The position numbers and the translations under genes are program-made. A stretch of 64,000 nucleotides of DNA from Candidatus Gastranaerophilales bacterium (GTDB lineage Bacteria > Cyanobacteriota > Vampirovibrionia > Gastranaerophilales > Gastranaerophilaceae). The notes beneath the pieces were generated by a model that did no database searches, was not told where the DNA came from, and saw only the letters and a list, made by a program, of their open reading frames with translations. Position 1 is the stretch's first letter; every line of letters starts with the position of its first letter. The stretch lies in the NCBI GenBank assembly GCA_944324445.1, contig CALUWL010000002.1:7868-71867 (forward strand). The letters run 5' to 3'. This document shows, piece after piece, positions 9,309 through 18,616 of this stretch.

Positions 9309-10218
9309 AATTTTCTTTTGCAAAGAATATGCCTTCATCTATATTGGAAAATTCTTTTTCTAAGACAGACAATTTTTCATCATCATACTCAGGGTCATAA
9401 TGAAAAAAGAAAAGCCTTTTTGCTTTTGACAATTTATAGTTTTCAATTGCCATTTCAAAAGTTGAATGCCCAAAACCTTGCTTAGGCTGAATTGGATTAA
9501 TGTAATCCTGATAAGTATATTGAGCATCATGAATTAGGCAATCAGCTTGATGAGCAAATTGAATAAATTTCTTATCAGCCCCAATATAGCTTTCTTTATC
9601 TGTTGCATAAATAAGTATTTTAGATTTATATTGTATTTTAACACACAAGCAGCCGTTTTTAGGGTGTGCCTGAGTTTTGTAAGCCGTAATTACAATATCA
9701 TCATCTTTAACTTTTAAATCTGTATTTAAGTTATCATAAACTTTTGTTGTACCATCTTGAGAAATAACTATTACATCATTTTCTGTAAAATTATTAATTT
9801 CAAACTTGCTTCTTATTTCTTCCAAACCAAGAGGAAAAACTTTATCAAATAATATTGTTTTTAATGTATCTTTTAAGTTTTCATCTGTCGTATTTAAACC
9901 AAAAAGATTAATAACTGAAGAGCTATCAAACAACGGTTTATAAAATTGCAGCCCTTGGATATGATCCTGATGAATATGACTTAATATAATCGTTGCTCTA
10001 TGAGGACTTTTCTTATCTTGAATTATAGAATTTCGAACTTCATCCAATCCAACATCAATAATTCCTGTTCCGGCATCAAGAATTATTAATTGATTACCAC
10101 AGCGCACCTCAACGCAAGCCGTATTTCCTCCAAACTTTAAAAAATTACTCTTTGGACTGGGATATGACCCGCGAGTTCCTCTAAATTTAACCGTAAATTT
10201 TTCATTTTCTTTTGTCAT
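9292..10218 (-). CDS. MBL-fold metallo-hydrolase (PhnP/YycJ-like)
   Basis: FRGTRGSYPSP...FGGNTACVEV plus the metallo-beta-lactamase motif HIHQDH. Confidence 0.75.
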   Translation of the reverse strand: MTKENEKFTVKFRGTRGSYPSPKSNFLKFGGNTACVEVRCGNQLIILDAGTGIIDVGLDEVRNSIIQDKKSPHRATIILSHIHQDHIQGLQFYKPLFDSSSVINLFGLNTTDENLKDTLKTILFDKVFPLGLEEIRSKFEINNFTENDVIVISQDGTTKVYDNLNTDLKVKDDDIVITAYKTQAHPKNGCLCVKIQYKSKILIYATDKESYIGADKKFIQFAHQADCLIHDAQYTYQDYINPIQPKQGFGHSTFEMAIENYKLSKAKRLFFFHYDPEYDDEKLSVLEKEFSNIDEGIFFAKENYEVEL

Positions 10219-10224
10219 GGCAAT

Positions 10225-11403
10225 TTAATTCTCTTGTTCTACAGTTTCAGGATTTGTTATCTCATTATTTATTTGATTTTCTTCGAATTCTTGTTCTTTA
10301 ATTTTAGTTTTTTTGCTTCTTTTGAAAAAACCTGATTTCTTTTTTTCAGATTTTATTTTCTTTGGCTCGGTTAATTTTTTTATTTCACTTTTTTTAGTTT
10401 TTGTTACTTTTTGCGCTTTTTTAATTTGATTTCTTTTGTATCTTACGGATTTATGACTTTTCTTTCTGTATGTAAAACTTAAATCTCTATCTTTTTCATA
10501 ACCTGCAAGTGTTGCATAGGATATTACACTTTGTCTATTTAATTCTTTTATATCATCCAATCTTGTTGAAATAAAATCAAACTTAAAAGTAACTCTATCT
10601 TTATAATTCACAATTTTTATATGACGAAATGCCATAGGATAGGTAACTAAAGACGGAGTTGAAACAAAAACTATGTTGCCAACTCTTCTTATTTTAGCTG
10701 CATGGTAGTGCCCTGATACAACTATAATAGGGTTTTTATATTTAATTAATATTTCATTAAATTCATTAGCATTTAACAGTGCATGCTCCTGCGCCATAAA
10801 AGGCTGCAAAGATGGAATATGCATAGCAATTAAAACAATTTTATCCTGATTTTGGGATAGTTCATTATCTAAAAATTGCAGCTGCTCTTCCGTTAATTCA
10901 CCATTTGAAGTGTTTCTATCGGTAATTACAGGGTCTAAAACTATAATTCTATAATCTGTTTTTGGACTAAAAGCATAGTATGTGTCAGAAAAAACATAAT
11001 TTGGATTACATTTTTTAACAATTTCCAATACTTCATCTCGACTTAAATCGCCATAAGATAAATCATGATTTCCAAAAGTATTCAAAGTGGGATATCTTAA
11101 TTTTGTTAACAGGCTATAGTATTCTCTATAATTATCAACCGTGGCGCTATCTACCATATCTCCGGTAAATAATACAAAATCAAGCCCTTTTATATCATTT
11201 ATCTGCTCAATTGCATCCTTTAAAAGGACCGATGAATCTCCTAGTGCCTTGTATGACGTATTTTCCCTATCAACCGAAATATGAGTATCTGAAATTTGGA
11301 CAAAGTCCAATGTCATATTTCTAAAAGAAAATGCAAAACAGCCCAATGTGCCTACCACAAGCAGGCACATTAAAACTATAATTTTAGATAATTTATTTTT
11401 CAT
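10225..11403 (-). CDS. Calcineurin-like metallophosphoesterase with N-terminal signal/anchor and lysine-rich C-terminal tail
   Basis: Motifs ISDTH, GDMVD, GNHD and GHYH. The hydrophobic N-terminus is IIVLMCLLVVGTLGCFAF. The last ~80 aa are K-rich. Confidence 0.75.
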   Translation of the reverse strand: MKNKLSKIIVLMCLLVVGTLGCFAFSFRNMTLDFVQISDTHISVDRENTSYKALGDSSVLLKDAIEQINDIKGLDFVLFTGDMVDSATVDNYREYYSLLTKLRYPTLNTFGNHDLSYGDLSRDEVLEIVKKCNPNYVFSDTYYAFSPKTDYRIIVLDPVITDRNTSNGELTEEQLQFLDNELSQNQDKIVLIAMHIPSLQPFMAQEHALLNANEFNEILIKYKNPIIVVSGHYHAAKIRRVGNIVFVSTPSLVTYPMAFRHIKIVNYKDRVTFKFDFISTRLDDIKELNRQSVISYATLAGYEKDRDLSFTYRKKSHKSVRYKRNQIKKAQKVTKTKKSEIKKLTEPKKIKSEKKKSGFFKRSKKTKIKEQEFEENQINNEITNPETVEQEN

Positions 11404-13309
11404 TTACCAACTGTTCTAATTTTTCCAATAATTCCTGATGGTTCTTATAAAATTCCCATCCTCTAGCTTTCATAGCATAAATCATAGCTAAAGGCAAGTT
11501 TAGCGCTTCATCGGTTCTTAATTTTTCTTTGTAAAATTCTTCAAAATTACAAGGCAATCTTAATGTCCAGTTAGGATCTCCTGATGTACCGGGGACATTA
11601 TAGACTTCATTTATTCCAAAGAAATCAGTAAAGAAAATTTGAACATTTTCAGCTTTTGATGCAAAACATTCAACAAGCTTCATAAATGCAAAGAATTTTT
11701 CATCCGTATACATCCTATGCCAGATTTCATCTTTATTTCCAAATTCAGAACATAAATCTTCAATCAAATTTTTAATATATGGATTAGCTTCTTCTGTATT
11801 AACCAATTTAGATGCCCACATTCTAATAGGTTCGTTATCGTGAGTTCCTACCATAACCCAAGAATTTGGAGTTATGTTTTTACATCTATAAGGGTGATTT
11901 TCTTCTTGAGTTACAACAAATTGAACAAGTTTCATGCCTTGAAGACCGTATTTTTTCATAACTTGAACAACAGGATAAGTCAAAGTTCCCAAATCCTCAG
12001 CTATGATTGAATCTTTATCCAATCCTGCTTCTTTTGCTGAAGCTATGACAATCTTTTCAATCATTCTGCCGTATAATGTTACCTGATTATCGTCTAAATT
12101 ATCAATCCATTTTTCGTCATCAGGAGTTACAAATTTACCTTCAATCGGTGTTTTATTGATGTTTTCCTCACGAGCTATTGCATATTTTTTCAACTCAGGA
12201 TGAGTCGGAGAAGAATACAATCTTCCTGCGCCTTCTTCAACTTTTGGAAGACATCCTTTTTTATAAACCCAAGGGTCGATTAAACCTACGGTATGATCAA
12301 TTCTAACTCCACCCGGGTTTTCTTTAAACATTTTTGTATATAATTTTTTAAGCAATAAACCTGCTTCACCAAGCGAACCATCCTTATTAAAAAGCTTTTC
12401 AGGATTTACAACGCTGAACCCCCAAGCTTGTCCGTCTTTTGAAAAATAATCCGGAGGACAACCCAAGCACCAACCATCTAAAAATAAAGATTGATAAGCC
12501 CAGTTATCTCTGTCTGAAAAGGCTACTTGTCTATCCGCAATTAATTTAAGGCCAAGCTTTTTAGTATATTCAAGAGTTTCTTCACTTTGCTTTTGGACAA
12601 TAAATTGTTCTAATTTATATTTTTCAATAGTATCAAAATATTTCTTCTGAATTTCTTTTATTCTTTTTTCAGCGTGCTTTTTATCTGCTTTTCCAAATAA
12701 AGTTCTATCTAATTCACTTTTCCATTGAGGCCAATAATCAGAATTATTTTCAATTGATAAAGCTTCATACAAAGAATCCTTATCAAGCCAGAAAGCATTT
12801 TGCTCCTTGAAAGCTTCAAATTCTTTTTTTAATTCCTTTGGAGCATTCTTTTTAAAATTTTTATAAAATTCATTAGCACATAGCTCAATGCTCTCAATAG
12901 CATATACATAAGCAGCTTTATTTGTATTCTTATTCGGATTCATTTCAATAATTTTATCTAAAGTTTTTTGAGATAAAATCTTGCCCCATTTATCTGTCGT
13001 AAGTTCTTTTAAATTAATAAATAAAGGATTTTTTGAAAAAACAGTTCCTGTATAAGGAGAAGAATCTGAAAGTTTAGTTTTACCGCTTGGTCCAAGCTGA
13101 ACAGCGCTAAATACACCTTTCAAGTAATCGAACAAGGATTTTGCACAGGTTGAATTATACGTTCCAAAACCAATATTTTCATTATTTTTTGAAGGAAAAC
13201 TAACTCCATGCAAAATAAGAGCTAAATTTTTCTTACCTAAAGCTTTAAGTGCTTCTTGAATTGTAGCCTTATATTCTTTAGTAAACAATTTTGATTCTTG
13301 TAATAACAT
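11393..13309 (-). CDS. malQ: 4-alpha-glucanotransferase (amylomaltase, GH77)
   Basis: GH77-type catalytic context GGVRIDHTVGLIDPW, 638 aa, and a strong AAGGAGAGG RBS. Confidence 0.85.
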   Translation of the reverse strand: MLLQESKLFTKEYKATIQEALKALGKKNLALILHGVSFPSKNNENIGFGTYNSTCAKSLFDYLKGVFSAVQLGPSGKTKLSDSSPYTGTVFSKNPLFINLKELTTDKWGKILSQKTLDKIIEMNPNKNTNKAAYVYAIESIELCANEFYKNFKKNAPKELKKEFEAFKEQNAFWLDKDSLYEALSIENNSDYWPQWKSELDRTLFGKADKKHAEKRIKEIQKKYFDTIEKYKLEQFIVQKQSEETLEYTKKLGLKLIADRQVAFSDRDNWAYQSLFLDGWCLGCPPDYFSKDGQAWGFSVVNPEKLFNKDGSLGEAGLLLKKLYTKMFKENPGGVRIDHTVGLIDPWVYKKGCLPKVEEGAGRLYSSPTHPELKKYAIAREENINKTPIEGKFVTPDDEKWIDNLDDNQVTLYGRMIEKIVIASAKEAGLDKDSIIAEDLGTLTYPVVQVMKKYGLQGMKLVQFVVTQEENHPYRCKNITPNSWVMVGTHDNEPIRMWASKLVNTEEANPYIKNLIEDLCSEFGNKDEIWHRMYTDEKFFAFMKLVECFASKAENVQIFFTDFFGINEVYNVPGTSGDPNWTLRLPCNFEEFYKEKLRTDEALNLPLAMIYAMKARGWEFYKNHQELLEKLEQLVNEK

Positions 13310-13332
13310 TATCCTCTCCTTAAAATAAAAAA

Positions 13333-13998
13333 TTAATAGTTGTTAAGACCTCGCTTTTGCAAATACTCACGCACATGATTTAAAGATGCCTGAACTATTC
13401 TTGTAATACGGGAACTTGAAAGCCCGACCATAGTTGCAATTTGTTTTACCTGCATATTTCGATAAAACCTGTATTCTACAATGGTTCTATCTTTTTGAGG
13501 CAATTTTGAAATTGCTTCTTTTATTAATTTACTTAATTCCGATATTTCAGCTTTTTCATCAGGGGTAGCAGATGTATCTTTTATAAAATCAAAAGGAGAT
13601 TCATTATCAGAACTAGCCGCCATAATTGAATCAATTGATAAAATTGTTTCATAGACAGCTTCTCTAACTTTTGTAGGAGAAACATCCAGTGCAGACTGGT
13701 TATCTGAATACTCTTCCCCTGTTTCTTCTTCACCGTCTTCTTTTTTATGTTTTAGAGTATACCATTTATAGCGATTTCTAAGTTCGTTTCTTATTGCCCA
13801 ACGAACGGCAGTTGCAATATATGAAGAGTTATAATTTTTAAGGTCTTCTTCGGATTTATTTTTAAACAACGCTTGAAGCGCAATAATACCAATTGAAACA
13901 AGTTCATCACAATCAAGCATATGACTTGGAATTCTTTTGTATTCTACCCTTGCAACTTTTTGTATAATATCGATATAGTCTTTTAATTTAGCTTGCAA
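13333..13998 (-). CDS. Sigma-70 family sigma factor, group 3 (possible FliA/sigma-28-type)
   Basis: A region-2-like segment (DELVSIGIIALQALF, YIATAVRWAIRNELRNRYKW) and a region-4 HTH (MQVKQIATMVGLSSSRITRIVQASL). The only in-frame start that keeps region 2 is TTG at 13998. The FliA assignment is tentative. Confidence 0.7.
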   Translation of the reverse strand: MQAKLKDYIDIIQKVARVEYKRIPSHMLDCDELVSIGIIALQALFKNKSEEDLKNYNSSYIATAVRWAIRNELRNRYKWYTLKHKKEDGEEETGEEYSDNQSALDVSPTKVREAVYETILSIDSIMAASSDNESPFDFIKDTSATPDEKAEISELSKLIKEAISKLPQKDRTIVEYRFYRNMQVKQIATMVGLSSSRITRIVQASLNHVREYLQKRGLNNY

Positions 13999-14071
13999 CT
14001 TTTGCTACCGTCTATACTATCTCTATAATTAAATTTTACTATCATAAATTAAATAATGCAAATAGGTAAAT

Positions 14072-15544
14072 TTAATGAACTTTTTCATCTTTATATGCTT
14101 TGTGAGATAAATAAGATAAAATAGTGCAAACAATACCAAAAAATATAGCCCAATATATAGCGCAATGGTATCCTTTAACAAATGCTAAAGTTTCATTTAA
14201 TCCATTATTTAGCGCACTATTTTTTGCAAAATCAAAAATACTGATTGAAATTGTTATACCTAAAAGCATGCCAACATTTCTAAACATAGCCAAAATTCCG
14301 GATGCAATGCCCATTTTTCCCATTGGCGCAACCGATACAATTAAAGCATTAACACTCGGCTGATAGCACCCGGAACCCGCTCCAATTAAAGCCTGAGCAA
14401 TTATAATATTCCAATATGTAAGCTTATCACTAACTGTCGTAAAGAAAATATAGCCCAAAACAATTAAAATCGTTCCTGTTGTCATAAGTATTGAGCTGTG
14501 AAGTTTTTTGGTTAATTTTCCGTTTAAAAGCGCAAGCAGCATAAACATAATTGAAAAAGGCAATATTAAAACAGCAGTCATCACAGGGCTTTGTCCTAAA
14601 ACTTGTTGAGTATAAAAAGGAAACAATAAAGCATTTGTAAAAAGTGCAAAATATGCAATTAAAAGAGCGAAATTGCCATATGTAAAAACTTTTGACTTGA
14701 AAAGTTCAAAATTCACAACAGGATAAGGTATCTTTTTTTCTTGAAAATAAAATATAATAGAAAAAATAAAAAATAAAATTCCAAAAATTATTATCCTATT
14801 TGATAACCAGCCCCAATCATGCCCTTTTGAAATAACCATAAGCATTGATAAAATTGCAATAAGCATATATACCATTCCAAAATAATCAAATTTAAACTCT
14901 GATTTATGAACAATCTCAGGAATATATTTCTTTGAATAATATGCACCCGCAAGCCCAATTATAATACTTGGGATAAAAATAGATCGCCAAGAAAAATAAT
15001 GCATCAAAAAGCCGCCTAATATTGGGCCCGACATGCCGGCTAATGCCATAAGGGCAGTTGAAAAACCAAGGGCCTTGGCTCTTTCATTTCCTTTAAAAAT
15101 CGATGAAATAATTGCATAATTATTTGATAGCAAAATGCTGGCACCCAACGCTTGAACAATTCTTGATAAAATTAAAACAGGTAAATTAAAAGAAAAAGTA
15201 TTTAAAAATGCCCCAAGCGCAAAGATTAAATACCCAAGAGCATAAAGATTACTTCTTGAAACAAGGTCATTCAACTTTCCAAATAAAGTTAAAAAAGTAG
15301 AAAGTATTAATATATAAGCAGTTACTGCCCATTGAGCTGCATTAATATTTATATTGAAATCATCTGCAATTTCATACAATGCAACATTTACGGTATTAGA
15401 ATCCATCATGGCAAGAAAACCACCAATGGCACTAACTGTGAATATAATCCATTTTAATTTTGTTGTTTGCTCACTATACATATTTGTTATTAATGCGCTC
15501 CGATTTAAAATATTAGCACTATTATTTTTTTGAGGCAATAACAA
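14072..15544 (-). CDS. MFS transporter, DHA2 (EmrB/QacA-like, about 14 TM)
   Basis: Hydrophobic throughout with MFS signature-like segments. An alternative ATG at 15481 (MYSEQTTKLKW) would remove the overlap with the upstream gene. Confidence 0.8.
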   Translation of the reverse strand: MLLPQKNNSANILNRSALITNMYSEQTTKLKWIIFTVSAIGGFLAMMDSNTVNVALYEIADDFNININAAQWAVTAYILILSTFLTLFGKLNDLVSRSNLYALGYLIFALGAFLNTFSFNLPVLILSRIVQALGASILLSNNYAIISSIFKGNERAKALGFSTALMALAGMSGPILGGFLMHYFSWRSIFIPSIIIGLAGAYYSKKYIPEIVHKSEFKFDYFGMVYMLIAILSMLMVISKGHDWGWLSNRIIIFGILFFIFSIIFYFQEKKIPYPVVNFELFKSKVFTYGNFALLIAYFALFTNALLFPFYTQQVLGQSPVMTAVLILPFSIMFMLLALLNGKLTKKLHSSILMTTGTILIVLGYIFFTTVSDKLTYWNIIIAQALIGAGSGCYQPSVNALIVSVAPMGKMGIASGILAMFRNVGMLLGITISISIFDFAKNSALNNGLNETLAFVKGYHCAIYWAIFFGIVCTILSYLSHKAYKDEKVH

Positions 15545-16214
15545 ACAAATTTTTTCCTACGAAAGGGGAGAAAAATATATCTAAAAACTTGCAGAAAAAA
15601 AATATTTTATCATACAATTCAACTTGAAACTTACTAATATTTCCGTTATTTGTTTTAATTTTATCTTTTAAAATATAGATTAAAGTTATAAATACACCCA
15701 AAAAATCAGAATATTTTATTTTTTCAATCTTAAAACCCGATTGATTAAGTTTTTTTTCAATTGATTTTTTGTTATACCTTCTAAAATGTCCTGTTTTTAC
15801 ATCCATTGAAGAAAATAACCAATTAAAAGCAGGCAAATACAAAAATATTTTCCCGTCATCTTTTAATTTTGAATTTATTTTTTTTAAAATTTCAACATCA
15901 TCAAAAATATGTTCCAAGGTATTCAGGGAATAAATTAAATCAAATTCGCCATTTAAACTATCCAAATTCACGTAAAAATCATTTTTATTTTCTTTATCTT
16001 TAAAATAATTTTCGTCGCTATCTACTCCAAAAAGTTCAATTTCTGGCATTTTATTTTTAATTAAATCCATAAAATAACCATCTGAACAACCAAAATCAAC
16101 AATTTTTTTACAAGAATTTTTCTTTATTACTTTTAAAATCAAACTCACAATAAAATTATTATAATTTTTTGCAAATTTCATAACCTCAAGATTGTCTTTT
16201 GCTTGATATTCCAT
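15522..16214 (-). CDS. Class I SAM-dependent methyltransferase
   Basis: SAM-binding motif I IVDFGCSDGYF and acidic loop LFGVDSD. 230 aa. Confidence 0.7.
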   Translation of the reverse strand: MEYQAKDNLEVMKFAKNYNNFIVSLILKVIKKNSCKKIVDFGCSDGYFMDLIKNKMPEIELFGVDSDENYFKDKENKNDFYVNLDSLNGEFDLIYSLNTLEHIFDDVEILKKINSKLKDDGKIFLYLPAFNWLFSSMDVKTGHFRRYNKKSIEKKLNQSGFKIEKIKYSDFLGVFITLIYILKDKIKTNNGNISKFQVELYDKIFFFCKFLDIFFSPFVGKNLFVIASKK

Positions 16215-16235
16215 ATTTTAATTATATGTTAGCTG

Positions 16236-16244
16236 TGTTATAAT
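16236..16244 (+). promoter_or_regulatory. Extended -10 element TGtTATAAT immediately upstream of the GT2 gene
   Basis: TG at 16236-16237 and TATAAT at 16239-16244. The A of ATG 16251 is the 7th nt downstream, and there is no SD. Confidence 0.35.
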
Positions 16245-16250
16245 TTGCAA

Positions 16251-16961
16251 ATGGAATATGAAATTGCGGTTTTAATACCCTGTTTTAACGAGGAAAAAAC
16301 AATCCAAAAAGTAATAAATGACTTTTTGGACACTCTTAAAAATTATAATTTTAAAATTTATGCATACGATAACGCCTCAAACGACAATTCAGCCAACATA
16401 ATCAAAAACTTCAATAACGAAAAAGTAAAATATAAATTCATTCAAAAAAAAGGTAAAGGCTTTGTCATAAAGCAAATGCTTAGTGAAATTCAGGCAGATT
16501 GCTACATTCTTGTAGACGGTGATGACACATATCCTGCTAAAGAATGCCTTAAAATGATTGAACTAATTAAAAATAATGATTGCGATATGGTAGTTGGCGA
16601 CAGATTATCAGGAAATTTTAAAGAAAAAAATAAAAGACTTTTCCACTCAAGCGGAAATAAATTTATAACAAAATTAGTTAATACTTTTTTCAATGCCGAT
16701 TTAAAAGACGTTATGAGCGGATATAGAGCTTTCAATAAAGAATTTGTCAAAAATTTAAACATACTCACAAAAGGTTTTGAGATAGAAACAGAAATTTCAA
16801 TATATGCTCTTAAAAATGACTATAAAATAATTGAAATTCCTATTAATATAAAGCAAAGACCAAAAGGCAGCAAATCAAAACTAAACACATTTGTTGACGG
16901 TTTTAAAGTTTTAAAAACAATTTTTTATTTTAAAGGTCAAAAAAATGAAAAGAATACTTAG
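16251..16961 (+). CDS. Family 2 glycosyltransferase (polyprenyl-phosphate sugar transferase, GtrB/DPM1-like)
   Basis: The N-terminus (IAVLIPCFNEEKTI) resembles GT2, and the YAYDNASNDNS and VDGDD (DxD) motifs are present. The ORF track starts at TTG 16245. I prefer ATG 16251. Confidence 0.8.
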   Translation: MEYEIAVLIPCFNEEKTIQKVINDFLDTLKNYNFKIYAYDNASNDNSANIIKNFNNEKVKYKFIQKKGKGFVIKQMLSEIQADCYILVDGDDTYPAKECLKMIELIKNNDCDMVVGDRLSGNFKEKNKRLFHSSGNKFITKLVNTFFNADLKDVMSGYRAFNKEFVKNLNILTKGFEIETEISIYALKNDYKIIEIPINIKQRPKGSKSKLNTFVDGFKVLKTIFYFKGQKNEKNT

Positions 16962-18552
16962 TTTTTCAAGCATTTATTCGCTATTTTTCGCATTTTGCAC
17001 TGCAAGCGGATTTTGTCTTGATAAATATTCCGATATTTTCAAATTTGATTTTAAAATATTTTTAATAAGTTTTTCTATGGCCTTTATTTTGAGTTTTCTT
17101 TTTCTAAAATTTTTGCCTGACATTAAAAATAAAATCAACATTGAAATTCCAAAAAAATTAGAAAATTATCTTTTTCTACCTCAAAAAAAATGTTTTATAA
17201 GAAACTGGTTAATTATTTTAATCTGCTATATCCCTGCATTTTTAGCTTATTTTCCCGGATTATTCACATACGACACTTTATATCAAGCAAATTTTTTTAT
17301 AAATCACGATTATATTGAAATAAATCCGATTTTTCACAGCTTTTTAGTTTTACTGGTTTTGATATTCGGATTGTTTTTAAATTCCGCAACAATTCCGATT
17401 TTTATTTTAACCCTAGCTCAAACCCTTATTATGACAGCAATTTTTGCATATTGTATTTTTATAATGTCAAAATTAAAAATGAATAGATTAATCATTTTAC
17501 TTTCATTTTTATTTTTTGCGCTTCATCCGATTAATCAAATGTTTTCATTAATTTCAACAAAAGACACTCTCTTTTCAGGTCTGACTTTGCTTTATATTCT
17601 TCTTTTAGTTGAACTTTTTTATGATAAAGAAAAATTCTTCAAAAAAAATATCAACATATTAAAATTAATTCTTATTATTTGTTTTATGTTTCTATTCAGG
17701 CACAACGGTTTTATAGCCTATATTTTAACTTTACCGTTTGTTTTATTTGCACTTAAAAACTATAAAAAATCATTTATTTGCTTTCTTATTCCTATAGTAT
17801 TTTATTTTTCATTCGGAATAATTAAAAAATCTTTCAATATTCAACCGCCCCCGATAGCTTCTTCTATTGCCATTCCGCTGCAGCAAATGGGAAGGGTTCG
17901 AAAATATGAAGATAAAAACCTCTCCGAACTTGATAAAAAAGCGTTCAGATTAATTGTATCCAAAGATAAAGAACTTAAATATTTTCCCTATAACGTTGAT
18001 ACCATTAAAATAGATAGCGAAATGCTCCATAGTGATTTCATTCAAAATTCAATCAAAAACAATCCCAAGCTTTTTATTTGTTTATATTTAAAATGGATGA
18101 TTTTATATCCTAAGCATTATATTAATGCGTTTTTTCTTCAAACATATTCATACTATTACCCCATAGCAAAATATAAAACCATAGCGGAGCATTTCTTTAT
18201 TTTAACATATAACCGCTGGGATAACCTTTTTGGAGTTCCCATATATTCCTATTGTTTCAATCCGATTTTAAGAAAATTTTATGATTCAATTTTTCTCTTT
18301 AATTCGTTTGAAAAAAACCCGATAAGTTTTATCTTATTTGCAATGGGAGTTAATTTTTGGATTATAGTAAGCGGATTTTTTATATTATTTTTCAAAAAAC
18401 AATATAATTTCATTCTTCCTTTGATAATCATACCATTTCTATTTTTAACAGTGCTTTTCGGTCCGATTGCGCTTTTAAGATATATTTATCAAAATTATCT
18501 TATCATTCCTTTAATGCTTGGGTTTTGTCTTTCAAAATTTGAAAAAAATTAA
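16945..18552 (+). CDS. Polytopic membrane protein, putative GT-C-type glycosyltransferase partner of the GT2
   Basis: More than 10 predicted hydrophobic helices. The start overlaps the GT2 stop (translational coupling). The gene order matches GtrB/GtrC and CsbB/YfhO-type systems. I did not recognise a catalytic motif with certainty. Confidence 0.5.
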   Translation: MKRILSFSSIYSLFFAFCTASGFCLDKYSDIFKFDFKIFLISFSMAFILSFLFLKFLPDIKNKINIEIPKKLENYLFLPQKKCFIRNWLIILICYIPAFLAYFPGLFTYDTLYQANFFINHDYIEINPIFHSFLVLLVLIFGLFLNSATIPIFILTLAQTLIMTAIFAYCIFIMSKLKMNRLIILLSFLFFALHPINQMFSLISTKDTLFSGLTLLYILLLVELFYDKEKFFKKNINILKLILIICFMFLFRHNGFIAYILTLPFVLFALKNYKKSFICFLIPIVFYFSFGIIKKSFNIQPPPIASSIAIPLQQMGRVRKYEDKNLSELDKKAFRLIVSKDKELKYFPYNVDTIKIDSEMLHSDFIQNSIKNNPKLFICLYLKWMILYPKHYINAFFLQTYSYYYPIAKYKTIAEHFFILTYNRWDNLFGVPIYSYCFNPILRKFYDSIFLFNSFEKNPISFILFAMGVNFWIIVSGFFILFFKKQYNFILPLIIIPFLFLTVLFGPIALLRYIYQNYLIIPLMLGFCLSKFEKN

Positions 18553-18616
18553 CATTTTAAGACAAACAAGGGTTTTTGGTATATTATTAATAAGCCGAAG
18601 TAAATAAAAAGGAAGT

